The position numbers were made by a program, and so were the translations under genes. Shown in pieces: positions 10,317 to 20,147 of a stretch of 64,000 nt of DNA; position 1 is the stretch's first letter; each line of letters starts with the position of its first letter. The notes beneath the pieces are model-generated. The model did no database searches, was not told the DNA's origin, and saw only the letters and a list, made by a program, of their open reading frames with translations. Source of the DNA: Pontiella sp. (GTDB taxonomy: Bacteria; Verrucomicrobiota; Kiritimatiellia; Kiritimatiellales; Pontiellaceae); the NCBI GenBank assembly GCA_037132875.1, contig JBAHZU010000146.1:926-64925 (forward strand), read 5' to 3'.

Positions 10317-11594
10317 TTAGCGATCGAGTTGCATCGTGCTGGTCCGCTGCGGACCCACGGAGAGAATGCTGACTTTAACGCCGGTGATCTCTTCGATGTA
10401 CTCGATGTATTTCTGAGCCTGTTCTGGAAGTTCTTCCCAACAGGTGCATTCGGTGGTGGGCGTGTTCCATCCTTTAAAATCTTCATAGATCGGCTTGCAG
10501 CGTCCGAACTTATTGATGGACGCGGGAACATTATCAATACGCTCGCCGTCGCATTCATAAGCCACGCAAATCTTAATGGTTTCAACGGCGTCGAGCACAT
10601 CGAGCTTCATCAGCGACCACTCGTTAATGCCGCAGACCATCGCAGAGTATTTGGCAATCACGGCATCGAACCACCCGCAACGACGCGGCCGTCCGGTGGT
10701 GGCACCGAATTCGTGGCCGACGCTAGCAATGTGTTCGCCATCGGCATCAAAGAGTTCGGTAGGGAAAGGACCTTCACCCACGCGGGTCGTATACGCTTTC
10801 ACAATGCCAACGCATCGGTCAATGGCGCCCGGAGGAACGCCAGAGCCAGCCGGTGCGCCGCCCGCACCCGTGCTGGAAGAGGTTACATAGGGGTACGTTC
10901 CGAAATCGACGTCGAGCATCAAGCCCTGTGCGCCTTCAAATAGGATTTCATCATCGTCCTGAACCGCTTTGTGAAGAAGTGGAATGGTATCGCAGATGAA
11001 TGGCTTGAGGTAGTTCGCTGCTTCAGAGATTTCAGCAACCACTTCATCCACATTCAGGGCTTCGCCCCCGATGGATTCGATGATTTTATTCTTCGTAATG
11101 GTTAGTTCGCGAACGCGGTCAAGAAAGTCGGCTTCCATAATGTCGCCCATACGAAGGCCGATCCGATCGGCTTTATCCATATAGCACGGTCCGATTCCCC
11201 GTTTGGTGGTGCCGATCTTTTTGCCTTTTTCTAGATTGCCTTCTTTAGCGCCATCGAGTGCTTTGTGGTAGTGTAGAACAATGTGAGCGCGGTCAGAAAT
11301 GAAGAGTCGATCATCGAGTTTAATGCCGCGCTCAACCAGTTCAGTCAGTTCGCTCATTAGGCCAACGAGGTCAACCACGAGGCCGTTGCCGATGACACAC
11401 TTGCATGTGTCCCGCAGGATTCCAGAAGGAGTGAGATGGAGCACATATTTCTGATCACCGATTTCAACGGTGTGACCGGCATTATTGCCGCCCTGGTAAC
11501 GAATCACCCAGTCGGCATTCGCCGTGAGTACGTCAATAATTTTTCCTTTGCCTTCGTCGCCCCATTGCGACCCGATAAGTACTGTTCTCGACAT
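10317..11594 (-). CDS. purA: Adenylosuccinate synthetase
   Basis: QWGDEGKGK, GGNNAGHT, EGAQG, GTYPYVTSS, GATTGRPRRCGW. Confidence 0.98.
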   Translation of the reverse strand: MSRTVLIGSQWGDEGKGKIIDVLTANADWVIRYQGGNNAGHTVEIGDQKYVLHLTPSGILRDTCKCVIGNGLVVDLVGLMSELTELVERGIKLDDRLFISDRAHIVLHYHKALDGAKEGNLEKGKKIGTTKRGIGPCYMDKADRIGLRMGDIMEADFLDRVRELTITKNKIIESIGGEALNVDEVVAEISEAANYLKPFICDTIPLLHKAVQDDDEILFEGAQGLMLDVDFGTYPYVTSSSTGAGGAPAGSGVPPGAIDRCVGIVKAYTTRVGEGPFPTELFDADGEHIASVGHEFGATTGRPRRCGWFDAVIAKYSAMVCGINEWSLMKLDVLDAVETIKICVAYECDGERIDNVPASINKFGRCKPIYEDFKGWNTPTTECTCWEELPEQAQKYIEYIEEITGVKVSILSVGPQRTSTMQLDR

Positions 11595-11924
11595 GATGCT
11601 TACACTCCAATTAGTAATTATCGGTTATCGGAAGATCCGCACTTTTCCGCCTTTTTTCTGACAACCATTAAAAAAGCCCTCTCGTCATAAGGGGGCGAAT
11701 GAAGCGGTGAAATGTAGGGAATGGTTATGTCTGCGTCAAGACTTCAGAAAATAGAATGGGTTGAACCCGATTTACGTTTCCCAAAGCTTGGAAAGAATTT
11801 CATTTGTGGGGTGGACATTGGAGGACGGCGAGGATATAAAAAGAACACTTTTAATCGACATTTTCGGGTCTGGAATAAAAAATTTCGCGGAAAGTCGGAT
11901 GACACAAATAAGAAGGAGACAATC

Positions 11925-12170
11925 ATGTTTCTAGAAGTATATGCCGTTAAGCGCAGTGAATACACCGAAGCAACCGGGATTTCTAAGGTTGAAGAAAATC
12001 GTCGTCTGATCGAAATGACAGGTGCCCGAATTCGCTATTCAAGCTTATTCCCAGACCGTGCAGAAATCGTGCTGCCCAGCAAATCCACTTTTCTGGCTGC
12101 AGGAAGTTACGAAGAAATCGTGAGCCGTATTGCTGCTGCAAAAGGCAAAGTGGCTCGCATCGAAGACTAA
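11925..12170 (+). CDS. 81-aa hypothetical protein, weak FlbD-like C-terminus
   Basis: AAGGAG RBS before ATG 11925, own terminator. The longer ORF-track start at 11721 is unlikely. Confidence 0.7.
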   Translation: MFLEVYAVKRSEYTEATGISKVEENRRLIEMTGARIRYSSLFPDRAEIVLPSKSTFLAAGSYEEIVSRIAAAKGKVARIED

Positions 12171-12195
12171 ATCGGATACCATGTATTGTTTTAAT

Positions 12196-12222
12196 GGCCG
12201 GCCTTCGGGGCTGGCCTTTTTT
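12196..12222 (+). terminator. Intrinsic terminator
   Basis: GGCCGGCC-TTCGG-GGCTGGCC followed by a T run. Confidence 0.8.
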
Positions 12223-13232
12223 GTTGTTAGTCAGGCCGATCAATCCAATCGCGTGTAAAAGAGCAAGCACCGAAAACGGCGGTGGACTTTATTCCCGTTC
12301 TCTGCCGGAATCCCAACCTGCAGGACGAAGCAAAATCATCAGGATTCCGAAAGCCGGAACGTATCCTCTGTCGGAGTTCGAAGCATCGCCCGGAGGAAGT
12401 TCGATGATATCCCGCCCGATGTCGATTCCCTCGAAAAGCAGATCCGAAAAGGCCATCTGAAAGACAGCCGCATGGTCTCTCTTTGAAAAGCCTGCAATCG
12501 AAGGAACCCGAATGTACAGGCTGAGGAAATCCTTGCTGGCCCTAATCCGTAGCGCTTTTGTGACTTATGGGTTAATTTGTGACGAGTTGCGAAGTGAGAG
12601 GGGAGGCTCGGGGCACGAAGTTTGCGTCCGCTAGCAATGTGGAACTCGTGTGAACTATTCCGCTGACCCTGTTTTTAACGTCAATTCATCTTTTTCAAAG
12701 TCATCTTGCTCGGTCCCTATCTTGGCGGACTCATGGGGCCCTTGGATAAATATTTTATGAGCTCAGTTGTATATCGTTGATCTCCCTCATATGTAATGAA
12801 AAAAGATACTTCGATATAGGCTAATGCCGTGAGTATCCATCGATCACCGTTTTATTTGGTGAATAGCCAATGCTTAAGTTAACATGGAAACTTAAAATGA
12901 AGTCTTGTTTTGATAGTATGTCAAGTAGGTTGTTTGTGAATAAAAAGTGTCCCAATACTCAGTTTGGTGTGTGCATAGATGAGAAAGGGAGAGTGGCTGG
13001 CGGAGAGTGAATAGATGATGAGTGAGTAAAAAATATCTGATGTATGGTGGCTCGTGGCCAAATTACTTTGGCCCCCCGCGGTTCGTTGGATAGCGTTGGA
13101 AGAAGGATGTCAATACTCTGAAATAGAGAGAGCATCTTTTTGACCTAATGAGGTTTGCACTGTTTGGCGATGAATCACCATCAGCTGGATGGGAGTGATG
13201 TTGTATGAGCTCGAAAATAGATTGAGGTTGTA

Positions 13233-14606
13233 ATGAATGTGAAGAAAAAGAAGTTTGCGAGTCATGCAAAATCCAGTGCGGCACTGGTCAGTTTGGGGAT
13301 TCATGCAGTTCTAATTTTAGTGGCGGTTTCCTTTGTTGCAGTAAAGGTGATTCATAAGGAAGAACAGAAATTTGAAGCCAAGCCGGTGAACCGGCCAAAG
13401 ATGCAACTGAAGAAGTTACAGGTGCCGGTAAATATCAAAAAGAAGCAAGCCCAGAAACCGAAGCTACGTAAACGAATCGTAGTTCAGCCGAGGATCAATC
13501 AGAATGTTCCGGATATCAAGATGCCGGAAATTACGGGAATTAAAGGTGGATTGGGGAATGCCGCTGGTATGGGATTTGGTAGCGGTGTCGGGCTTGGATT
13601 TTCTATGCCAGAAATTGACATTTTTGGCATCAAAGGCAAGGGCGAGAAAATATTCCTGATTCTGGATACCAGCAATTCAATGCTGATTGATGAGATGGGG
13701 GGCATACCGGCCTATACGATTATTAAGGAAGAGCTGATTCGTATCGTTGAGTCCCTTCCTTCAACAGCATTGATCAATGTGGCGGTTTTTCGCGGCAACG
13801 CAGTTCAAACTGTATTTCCAAAAATGGCCCCGGCGAACACCGTGAATACCCAGAAGGTCAAGGCTTGGTTAGAACCACTGAACTCATCCTCCAATGCCGC
13901 AAAATCGGGCCGCTACGGAATCCAAACGTTGGGGCAAGGCGGCACAACAATGCGTGACGATTTGAGAATTGGAAATTTTTCAAAACCCATTAAAAGGGGC
14001 GGGGGGATCTATGGAGGAAAATCGAAGGGGCACGACTGGTACAGTGCGGTCATGCTCGCGCACAAACAACAGGCGGATATGATTTTCCTGCTCACGGATA
14101 CTTGGGGATCTCAGAAGGTTGTTGTGGATATCTCCATGAACACGACGGAATGGATTGAATCCACATCGGCCGGTAAAAAGTGGGCGGCCAATGTGGAGGA
14201 GGCTAAAAAATTACTGAAGGAAGAGAATAGGGAACGCAAAGCTAAGGGGCAACCGCCCAAGGTGCTTTCAGGGGGGAGAAGTGCATTAATTAAAGAATAT
14301 TTCCCCGGTACCCCACAACCCCCAAGGCCGCAGTATTACAACTTTCAACCCAAAGAGTTTGCCGACGCATTTATACTGACTCGCGATAAATACAAAGGGG
14401 CAAAAGCTCCAACGTCCAGTGGATTAGGCCGCCGTAAGAGCAACAAAAAGGATTTCACCTTTAATGTAGTTCAATTTGTGAAGAAGGATGGCGAGGCTGG
14501 TGGATCTGCCACTCTTTATAAGAAGTTGACGAGTTTGTGCAGAGGGGAATACCAGACCGTGTCAGGACTTGAAGAGATTCGTAGTTACGCGAAGTCTTCG
14601 AATTAA
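13233..14606 (+). CDS. Membrane-anchored protein with vWA-like domain
   Basis: N-terminal TM, Lys/Pro linker, ILDTSNSM (DxSxS MIDAS-like), INVAVF, IFLLTD. Confidence 0.7.
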   Translation: MNVKKKKFASHAKSSAALVSLGIHAVLILVAVSFVAVKVIHKEEQKFEAKPVNRPKMQLKKLQVPVNIKKKQAQKPKLRKRIVVQPRINQNVPDIKMPEITGIKGGLGNAAGMGFGSGVGLGFSMPEIDIFGIKGKGEKIFLILDTSNSMLIDEMGGIPAYTIIKEELIRIVESLPSTALINVAVFRGNAVQTVFPKMAPANTVNTQKVKAWLEPLNSSSNAAKSGRYGIQTLGQGGTTMRDDLRIGNFSKPIKRGGGIYGGKSKGHDWYSAVMLAHKQQADMIFLLTDTWGSQKVVVDISMNTTEWIESTSAGKKWAANVEEAKKLLKEENRERKAKGQPPKVLSGGRSALIKEYFPGTPQPPRPQYYNFQPKEFADAFILTRDKYKGAKAPTSSGLGRRKSNKKDFTFNVVQFVKKDGEAGGSATLYKKLTSLCRGEYQTVSGLEEIRSYAKSSN

Positions 14607-14619
14607 ATAAGGCTATTTT

Positions 14620-16518
14620 ATGAAACGAAAACATAAGCATTCAAAGAATGTAGCTAAAGGGGCGCCCAGCGGTTTTGTAATTAGCCTGATGGTGCATGCT
14701 GCTGCGTTTATGCTGGCAGGTTTACTGGTCGTGTTTACCGTGCATCAGAAAGAGGAAAAAAAGTTTATTCCTCCGAAGCCGGTAGATCGTCCAAAAATGC
14801 AGCTTAAAAAGCCGCGGATGCAGGTGAAAAAAAGTGCCAAGCCTAGGTCAACTACTCGCATTGTAACCAAAGTGAAGCGTGCGAGTATGCCGGATATTCA
14901 GTTGCCGGAAATGTCAGGAATGGGTGACGGCCTGGAGGTGGGTGGCATAGGATTTGATATCCTTCCCGATCTGACGGAACTCTCGTCACCATTTGGAGCT
15001 TCATTCACCACAGGAAGTGATCTCCAGGGACATTTTTATAATTTTAACCGGAGTCGTAGCGGTCGAAAGATTCCGATGTCGCCCTCCCAGCTGCAAGAGA
15101 TCATACATGATTATATGAAAGGAGACTGGCGGAAATCAATATTATCCCGATATTACCGGTCTCCCAATAAACTGTACACATCGGTGATTTGTATTCCGAC
15201 CATGATGTCGGAGCTGGCTCCGACAGCATTTGGAGAAGAAAATGTAGAAGGGTACTGTTGGGCGGTACTGTATGAGGGCGAGTTGGTTTATCCAGAAGAT
15301 ATCACGTTTCGGTTCTGGGGAGTCTCCGATAAATTCATGGGGGTGAGTGTCGATGATGAAACGGTTCTTTTCTGTGCCTATCAGAACTATGTTCGCGTAG
15401 CGTTCGGAGATGTCTGGCAAAGTAAGGATCCGAAAGATATGGCTTATTATTTTGCTGAAAGTCGTGCACGACCGAGTGACTGGATTACCCTAAAGGCTGG
15501 CGTTCCGAAAAATATTAAAGTGATCATGGGGGATCTGGATGGTGGGCTCGTGTATCATATTCTGAGTGTGGAGGTGAGGGGCGAGACCTATCCGCTGGAT
15601 CGCACCGCCGGAGGCCCCACATTTCCGGTGTTCCGAACCAGTGAAATCTCGCAAGATGTTCAGGATGAAATTTATTCAAATCTGTATCCGGGTGATGCCA
15701 CGCTGACGAATGGACCGATATTCCGAGATTATATCAGTGAAACTAGTGAGGCTGAAAGTTCCGTAACTCCGGAGCCGCAGCCGCTAGAGGTCGTGAAAAC
15801 AGTTGATAAAATGAGGCTGTGGACCGCGCTGAATGGAAAAACAGTTGAGGCCGAGTTTAAAATGATGATGGGCTCTGACGTAGTTTTGGAGAACAAAAAA
15901 GGTCGACAGATCAAATTTGCGGAATCCCAACTGAGTCTTGAGGATCAGGACTATCTTCAGCTGATCAATCCACCGGATTTTTCGATCAATTGGATGAATA
16001 AAAGTGAACAGATTTCAAATCCCCCCGCTCCCCCATGGAGCGGAGGAATTTCGCGTCCATTGCGAATGTTTAACTTCACTTTTGGGGTGAAAATTCAGCC
16101 AAAGTCTTCTTCAAAAACCTATAATCATGATCTCAAGGTTGAATATTTTGCCATCGGAGATGAGATCGATGGAAATAACTATGTTCTACTGGATTATCAA
16201 TCGGGTCATTTCAATCCGGCTAATTTCTGGGATAAGGAATTCTTGCTCTCAGGTGATCCTGTTAAGCTCCAAAGCATGGCCTATCGGGGCACTGCACCGG
16301 TTCGTGGAACAAGATACGGCGGATATCTTGTCGTGATTACCGACCCGCGTGGTGAGGTGTTGGAATACAAGGCCTCGCATGAGTTTCTCTATGAGAAACT
16401 AGACAAGCTAAGGAAGCTCCGGCCTAATAATCACTTTAATCGTGATGTGGAGCGTGTAATTCCCGCGCGTCCCACCGAAGATAGCCGAGGTTCTGGAGCG
16501 ACGAGCTTTTCGATCTAA
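14620..16518 (+). CDS. Membrane-anchored protein with PA14-like and SHD1-like domains
   Basis: Same N-terminal module as the upstream gene; LQGHFY / WAVLYEGELV / DWITLKAG (PA14-like); MRLWTALNGKTVEAEF (SHD1-like). Confidence 0.6.
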   Translation: MKRKHKHSKNVAKGAPSGFVISLMVHAAAFMLAGLLVVFTVHQKEEKKFIPPKPVDRPKMQLKKPRMQVKKSAKPRSTTRIVTKVKRASMPDIQLPEMSGMGDGLEVGGIGFDILPDLTELSSPFGASFTTGSDLQGHFYNFNRSRSGRKIPMSPSQLQEIIHDYMKGDWRKSILSRYYRSPNKLYTSVICIPTMMSELAPTAFGEENVEGYCWAVLYEGELVYPEDITFRFWGVSDKFMGVSVDDETVLFCAYQNYVRVAFGDVWQSKDPKDMAYYFAESRARPSDWITLKAGVPKNIKVIMGDLDGGLVYHILSVEVRGETYPLDRTAGGPTFPVFRTSEISQDVQDEIYSNLYPGDATLTNGPIFRDYISETSEAESSVTPEPQPLEVVKTVDKMRLWTALNGKTVEAEFKMMMGSDVVLENKKGRQIKFAESQLSLEDQDYLQLINPPDFSINWMNKSEQISNPPAPPWSGGISRPLRMFNFTFGVKIQPKSSSKTYNHDLKVEYFAIGDEIDGNNYVLLDYQSGHFNPANFWDKEFLLSGDPVKLQSMAYRGTAPVRGTRYGGYLVVITDPRGEVLEYKASHEFLYEKLDKLRKLRPNNHFNRDVERVIPARPTEDSRGSGATSFSI

Positions 16519-16688
16519 TACAGGGGAAAATATATTCATTTGCATAAACCACGCATGGATATTTATGAACATGAATTTAAAACCAGTACAGTAGCGCAGA
16601 TCGTGGTTTTAAAAATGCGTGCGTTTAGAGTGAGTGGTGTACTCGGTTTCCTCAGTCAATGTGATGCACCTCAAAAAGGATACAAACT

Positions 16689-18026
16689 ATGAGACGTTTT
16701 TTTGCGGTTGCGTTCCTGTTGCTGAATATAGGGGTGGCTCAGGCCGCGTCGCACCGCATTTCAAGCCTTGCAGAGCTGATGGAACTAGCGGGAATGGACG
16801 ACAATGAAATTCTCATGGAGCCGGGCATCTATCGGGTTTCTGATTACCTGACTCCAGATCTGTTGGCGGCCATTGGAAAGGGGGTGGATCGCACCAAGGA
16901 AACTCGGCCGCCGGTTCCCGTGCTGAGGTTTGGAGGAAGCAATAATACCTTCAACCTCGCGGGAGTCGTGTTGGAAATCGATACCTCGATTTACAAGCAC
17001 CTTCCAACCTTTGGCTATCATCGTTTTATCTTTGTTTCGGGTAACGGAAATCATTTCAAAGGCTTAACCGTGCGCTATGTCGGTCCGCAACAGGGGACAA
17101 ACGGAAATGTGATTTCGCTATGGGGCGATAATAACACGTTGGAAGAGGTCCAATTATTTGTTCACGGCTCTTCGCCTTATGGCTACGGAGATTTGCTGGG
17201 CAAGGGGCATGATCAACTCGTTCCGCTTGGAAAGCAAAGCGGGATTATGGTTGGTGGAGACAACTGCACACTCAAACGTTGCAAGGTGATCAGCCGGGCA
17301 TTTGGGCACTGTTTCTATATTCAAGGCGCACATAATACCCTCGTTGTAGACTGCTATGCCGAAGGCATTACCCGAGCCACGAGTGATATGCTTAAGGATA
17401 CGGAAGGGCCCGCCTATGAGGTTGATTTTAAATCGGTCTATGAAAATCGAGATGGGCGTTATCTCATCACACCCGGCTATCGAAAAGGTCTAACTGAAGA
17501 TGGATTTCGAACCTATGGCGGCGGCGGACCTCGGAATCAGAAAACAGGAAAGACCACGCTCATCAATTGCACGGCCATCAACACCCGTGCGGGCTTTGAA
17601 ATTCTGGGACCCGTGAATGGAAAAGACACCACGGAACTTCGCGGCTGTACGGCGCTGGGATGCGAACGAGCTTATTTGTTAATCAATGGGAATATTAAAA
17701 CCCGCGACTGCCGCGGCGATACGGTGCATGGGCCGCTACTTTATTTATGGCGTGGTGAAAATGCGGATGTCGAACTCGAATGGACGGGGCAGGGATCGGA
17801 CTATACGGTGCATGCCCTCGCAACCATTTCGGGAAGCAACCACCGTGTTAAGCTGACCCGGTGGGCGGCTGAAGGAAATGCGCCTCGTCTGCCGATTCTG
17901 CTGGGCTATGGGATGCCTGCTCATGCCGAGATGTCGACCCCGATCCTTCCGGAGGCCGCATCGTCGATCACGCTCATTAATCAAACCGGTATGTCGGTCA
18001 TTAAAAGTAATTTAGTGGTGCAATAA
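16689..18026 (+). CDS. Secreted right-handed beta-helix (pectin-lyase-fold) protein
   Basis: Signal peptide; repeated G-x-N-N and NC/GC beta-helix rungs (GNGNHFKG, GDNNTLE, GDNCTLKRC, GAHNTLVVDC). Confidence 0.6.
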   Translation: MRRFFAVAFLLLNIGVAQAASHRISSLAELMELAGMDDNEILMEPGIYRVSDYLTPDLLAAIGKGVDRTKETRPPVPVLRFGGSNNTFNLAGVVLEIDTSIYKHLPTFGYHRFIFVSGNGNHFKGLTVRYVGPQQGTNGNVISLWGDNNTLEEVQLFVHGSSPYGYGDLLGKGHDQLVPLGKQSGIMVGGDNCTLKRCKVISRAFGHCFYIQGAHNTLVVDCYAEGITRATSDMLKDTEGPAYEVDFKSVYENRDGRYLITPGYRKGLTEDGFRTYGGGGPRNQKTGKTTLINCTAINTRAGFEILGPVNGKDTTELRGCTALGCERAYLLINGNIKTRDCRGDTVHGPLLYLWRGENADVELEWTGQGSDYTVHALATISGSNHRVKLTRWAAEGNAPRLPILLGYGMPAHAEMSTPILPEAASSITLINQTGMSVIKSNLVVQ

Positions 18027-18030
18027 AAAG

Positions 18031-18675
18031 ATGAACGAAGAGAGAAATATATTATGTTTCGGTGACTCTAATACGTGGGGTACTGATCCTGCTGGTGGGC
18101 CGCGATTTGACCGTAAAACCCGCTGGCCCTGCATCCTGCAAAATGAGTTGGGTGCAGGATACCACGTGGTGGAGGCGGGACTCTGCGGTCGGACCACGGT
18201 TTGGGACGATCCCATTGAAGGCCATAAGAATGGTCTGCAACAGTTGATTCCAATTCTTAAATCGCATGAACCGCTGGACCTAGTGATCATCATGCTCGGC
18301 ACAAATGACCTGAAAAACCGATTCAGTGTGTCCACGCTCGATGTGGCCAACAGCGTATGGCGTTTAGTGCAGGCCGTTCGTAGCTGTTGCTATCCACCCA
18401 CTGAAGGTGTGCCAGAGGTCCTCGTGGTTTGCCCGCCGCCCTTTGCGCCGTTGGAACCTACGCCGTTCAAAGAGATGTTTGTTGGTGGTGAGGAAAAGTC
18501 GCATCAACTTTTCGAAGCATTTCAGGCTGTTTCTAAACAGCGTGACTTTCAATTATTCAACGCCGCCGAGGTGCTCAAAAGTAGCCCCCTAGATGGAATC
18601 CATTTTGAGCCCCAAGAACATGTGAAGCTGGGCCGGGCTTTGGCCGCGGAAGTGCGTAAGCTGATCCGTGGATAG
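18031..18675 (+). CDS. SGNH/GDSL hydrolase (esterase)
   Basis: FGDSNTWG, GLCGRT, LGTND, DGIH catalytic blocks. Confidence 0.92.
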   Translation: MNEERNILCFGDSNTWGTDPAGGPRFDRKTRWPCILQNELGAGYHVVEAGLCGRTTVWDDPIEGHKNGLQQLIPILKSHEPLDLVIIMLGTNDLKNRFSVSTLDVANSVWRLVQAVRSCCYPPTEGVPEVLVVCPPPFAPLEPTPFKEMFVGGEEKSHQLFEAFQAVSKQRDFQLFNAAEVLKSSPLDGIHFEPQEHVKLGRALAAEVRKLIRG

Positions 18676-18812
18676 GCTCTCTGCTTAGCCGACATTCAGT
18701 AGGTATTTTTCTGGGCGGGATCGCGAAGAACCGGAAGAAGATTGAGGTAAAGGGCCGCTCACTCGGAAGGCTCCCTGAGGGTGACTCATTCAAGGGTGCG
18801 CAAAGCGGGAAT

Positions 18813-19285
18813 TCAGAAATACCACCTCGATCGTATAGCCACCGCCTCGGACGACCATTTCTTTGTGATGATATAGCGGCGAATGAATTCCACCGCGATG
18901 CTATTGGTCTTCAGCTTCACTGCGATCCCCTTTGCGGTCGCATTTAGGGTATACACATCTTGCGATCGGTCCGCATTATACGCCATAGCCGTCGTCGGGT
19001 CTGTGTTAAGGTGCTCCACCTGCCCACGCTCGACCTCGCACCCAAGGGTGCGCCGATCTCGGCCCGGCTGAATGGAAATTCCGGATTCCCTCATGCCTGC
19101 CTTTAAAAAGCCCTCGATTAAAATGCGCTCGTTCCGGTTCAAATGCTTGCTCTACGTGATGCGGTGTTACTTCTTTCTTGCTCCATGCCCATGCTCCAGT
19201 CCTCGTTTGTGGTGAATTGAAGAAAGGTTCATTCTGGCATGGGGCACTAGATTTCCAAATGGGGCATTTTAATTTACAGTCTACC
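18813..19285 (-). mobile_element. IS30-family remnant: left terminal repeat plus frameshifted, truncated transposase N-terminus
   Basis: KHLNRNERILIE...GRDRRTLGCEVERG HTH, YNADRSQ, KKWSSEAVA. The start MGMEQERSNT at 19192 is out of frame with this. End sequence GGTAGACTGTAAATTAAAAT (minus strand, from 19285) resembles IS30-family ends. No DDE domain. Confidence 0.75.
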
Positions 19286-19368
19286 CAAACACGCGCTTCT
19301 ATAATTTCTAAGTAGACAAGCGCTGGCACGTCTGCGACCGTATACCCTTTTAATTTGGGAGAACTTAC

Positions 19369-20013
19369 ATGCCGGCAAAAAGAAAGTATAATATCAAGGG
19401 TACGAATGATTTCCTCGTTGTGGGAGTGATTTTCTTTTTCCTTTGTTTGTGGGCCATCAAAGACGCTTGGTATCCATCCGATAACGTGTTGAAAAAGCAT
19501 CCACTCGAAGTGATTGCTTCCTTTGAAACGGCCGGGGCAGTTGATCAGATATTCGTTGAGGTGGGGGACTCCATTGGCGAAGAGCAGGTTATTGCCCAGT
19601 TACGCAGTGATCGGATGGGCGTGAAATATGAAGCGGAAAAAACAACGTATACAGACGCCAAAAATAAACATGCCCTAATGGCGGTGGAACTTAAAAAAGC
19701 TAAAAACAATGGGGCTGCCGAAGCGAGTCTTTCCGAAATACAGGCCCGACTTGTTGTGGCCAAGACAACGATGACTGAATCGTTGGCGAAGGTTTCCGAA
19801 CTGCGTATCGCTATGGATTCAGCAGAACTTATTACGCCATCAAAGGGTGTGGTTCTTGAGATTAAGGTGGGATCGCATTCCATGGTCGAGGCCGGCGATG
19901 CGGTGATTGTGATTGATCCGAAAGATCATTTCTACCTATTCAACAAGAGTTTGGCTATTTTTAGTTTCTTCGCCTTTTGGTCCTTCTTGGCGGTCCATTT
20001 TTTTGCCCGTTAG
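19369..20013 (+). CDS. Biotinyl/lipoyl-hairpin membrane-fusion-like protein with TM segments at both ends
   Basis: TM, then GAVDQIFVEVGD (lipoyl half), coiled coil, LITPSKGVVLEIKVG...VEAGD (second half), C-terminal TM. Confidence 0.65.
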   Translation: MPAKRKYNIKGTNDFLVVGVIFFFLCLWAIKDAWYPSDNVLKKHPLEVIASFETAGAVDQIFVEVGDSIGEEQVIAQLRSDRMGVKYEAEKTTYTDAKNKHALMAVELKKAKNNGAAEASLSEIQARLVVAKTTMTESLAKVSELRIAMDSAELITPSKGVVLEIKVGSHSMVEAGDAVIVIDPKDHFYLFNKSLAIFSFFAFWSFLAVHFFAR

Positions 20014-20049
20014 CCGGCTTATCTAATTGGCTATTATCACCGGAATAGC

Positions 20050-20077
20050 TTGACCGTAAAATGCGGCTGACTATGAT
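20050..20077 (+). promoter_or_regulatory. Sigma70-type promoter of the HU gene
   Basis: TTGACC-N16-TATGAT. Confidence 0.6.
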
Positions 20078-20147
20078 TCGTGATTAATTTTTTAAAAAAG
20101 AAATTTCACTTTATTGAAACGTCTATAACTCAAGGAGATACATCAAA

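Noticed and set aside
12230-13230. 1-kb region with short ORFs, including a minus-strand frame MAFSDLLFEGIDIGRDIIELPPG...
   Set aside because: No recognisable domain, RBS or RNA consensus. It may be a decayed gene or a long regulatory region, but I cannot support a call.
18813-19142. IS200/IS605 TnpA reading of EFIRRYI
   Set aside because: No HUH motif. The HTH, WS(P)E motif and end sequence fit IS30.
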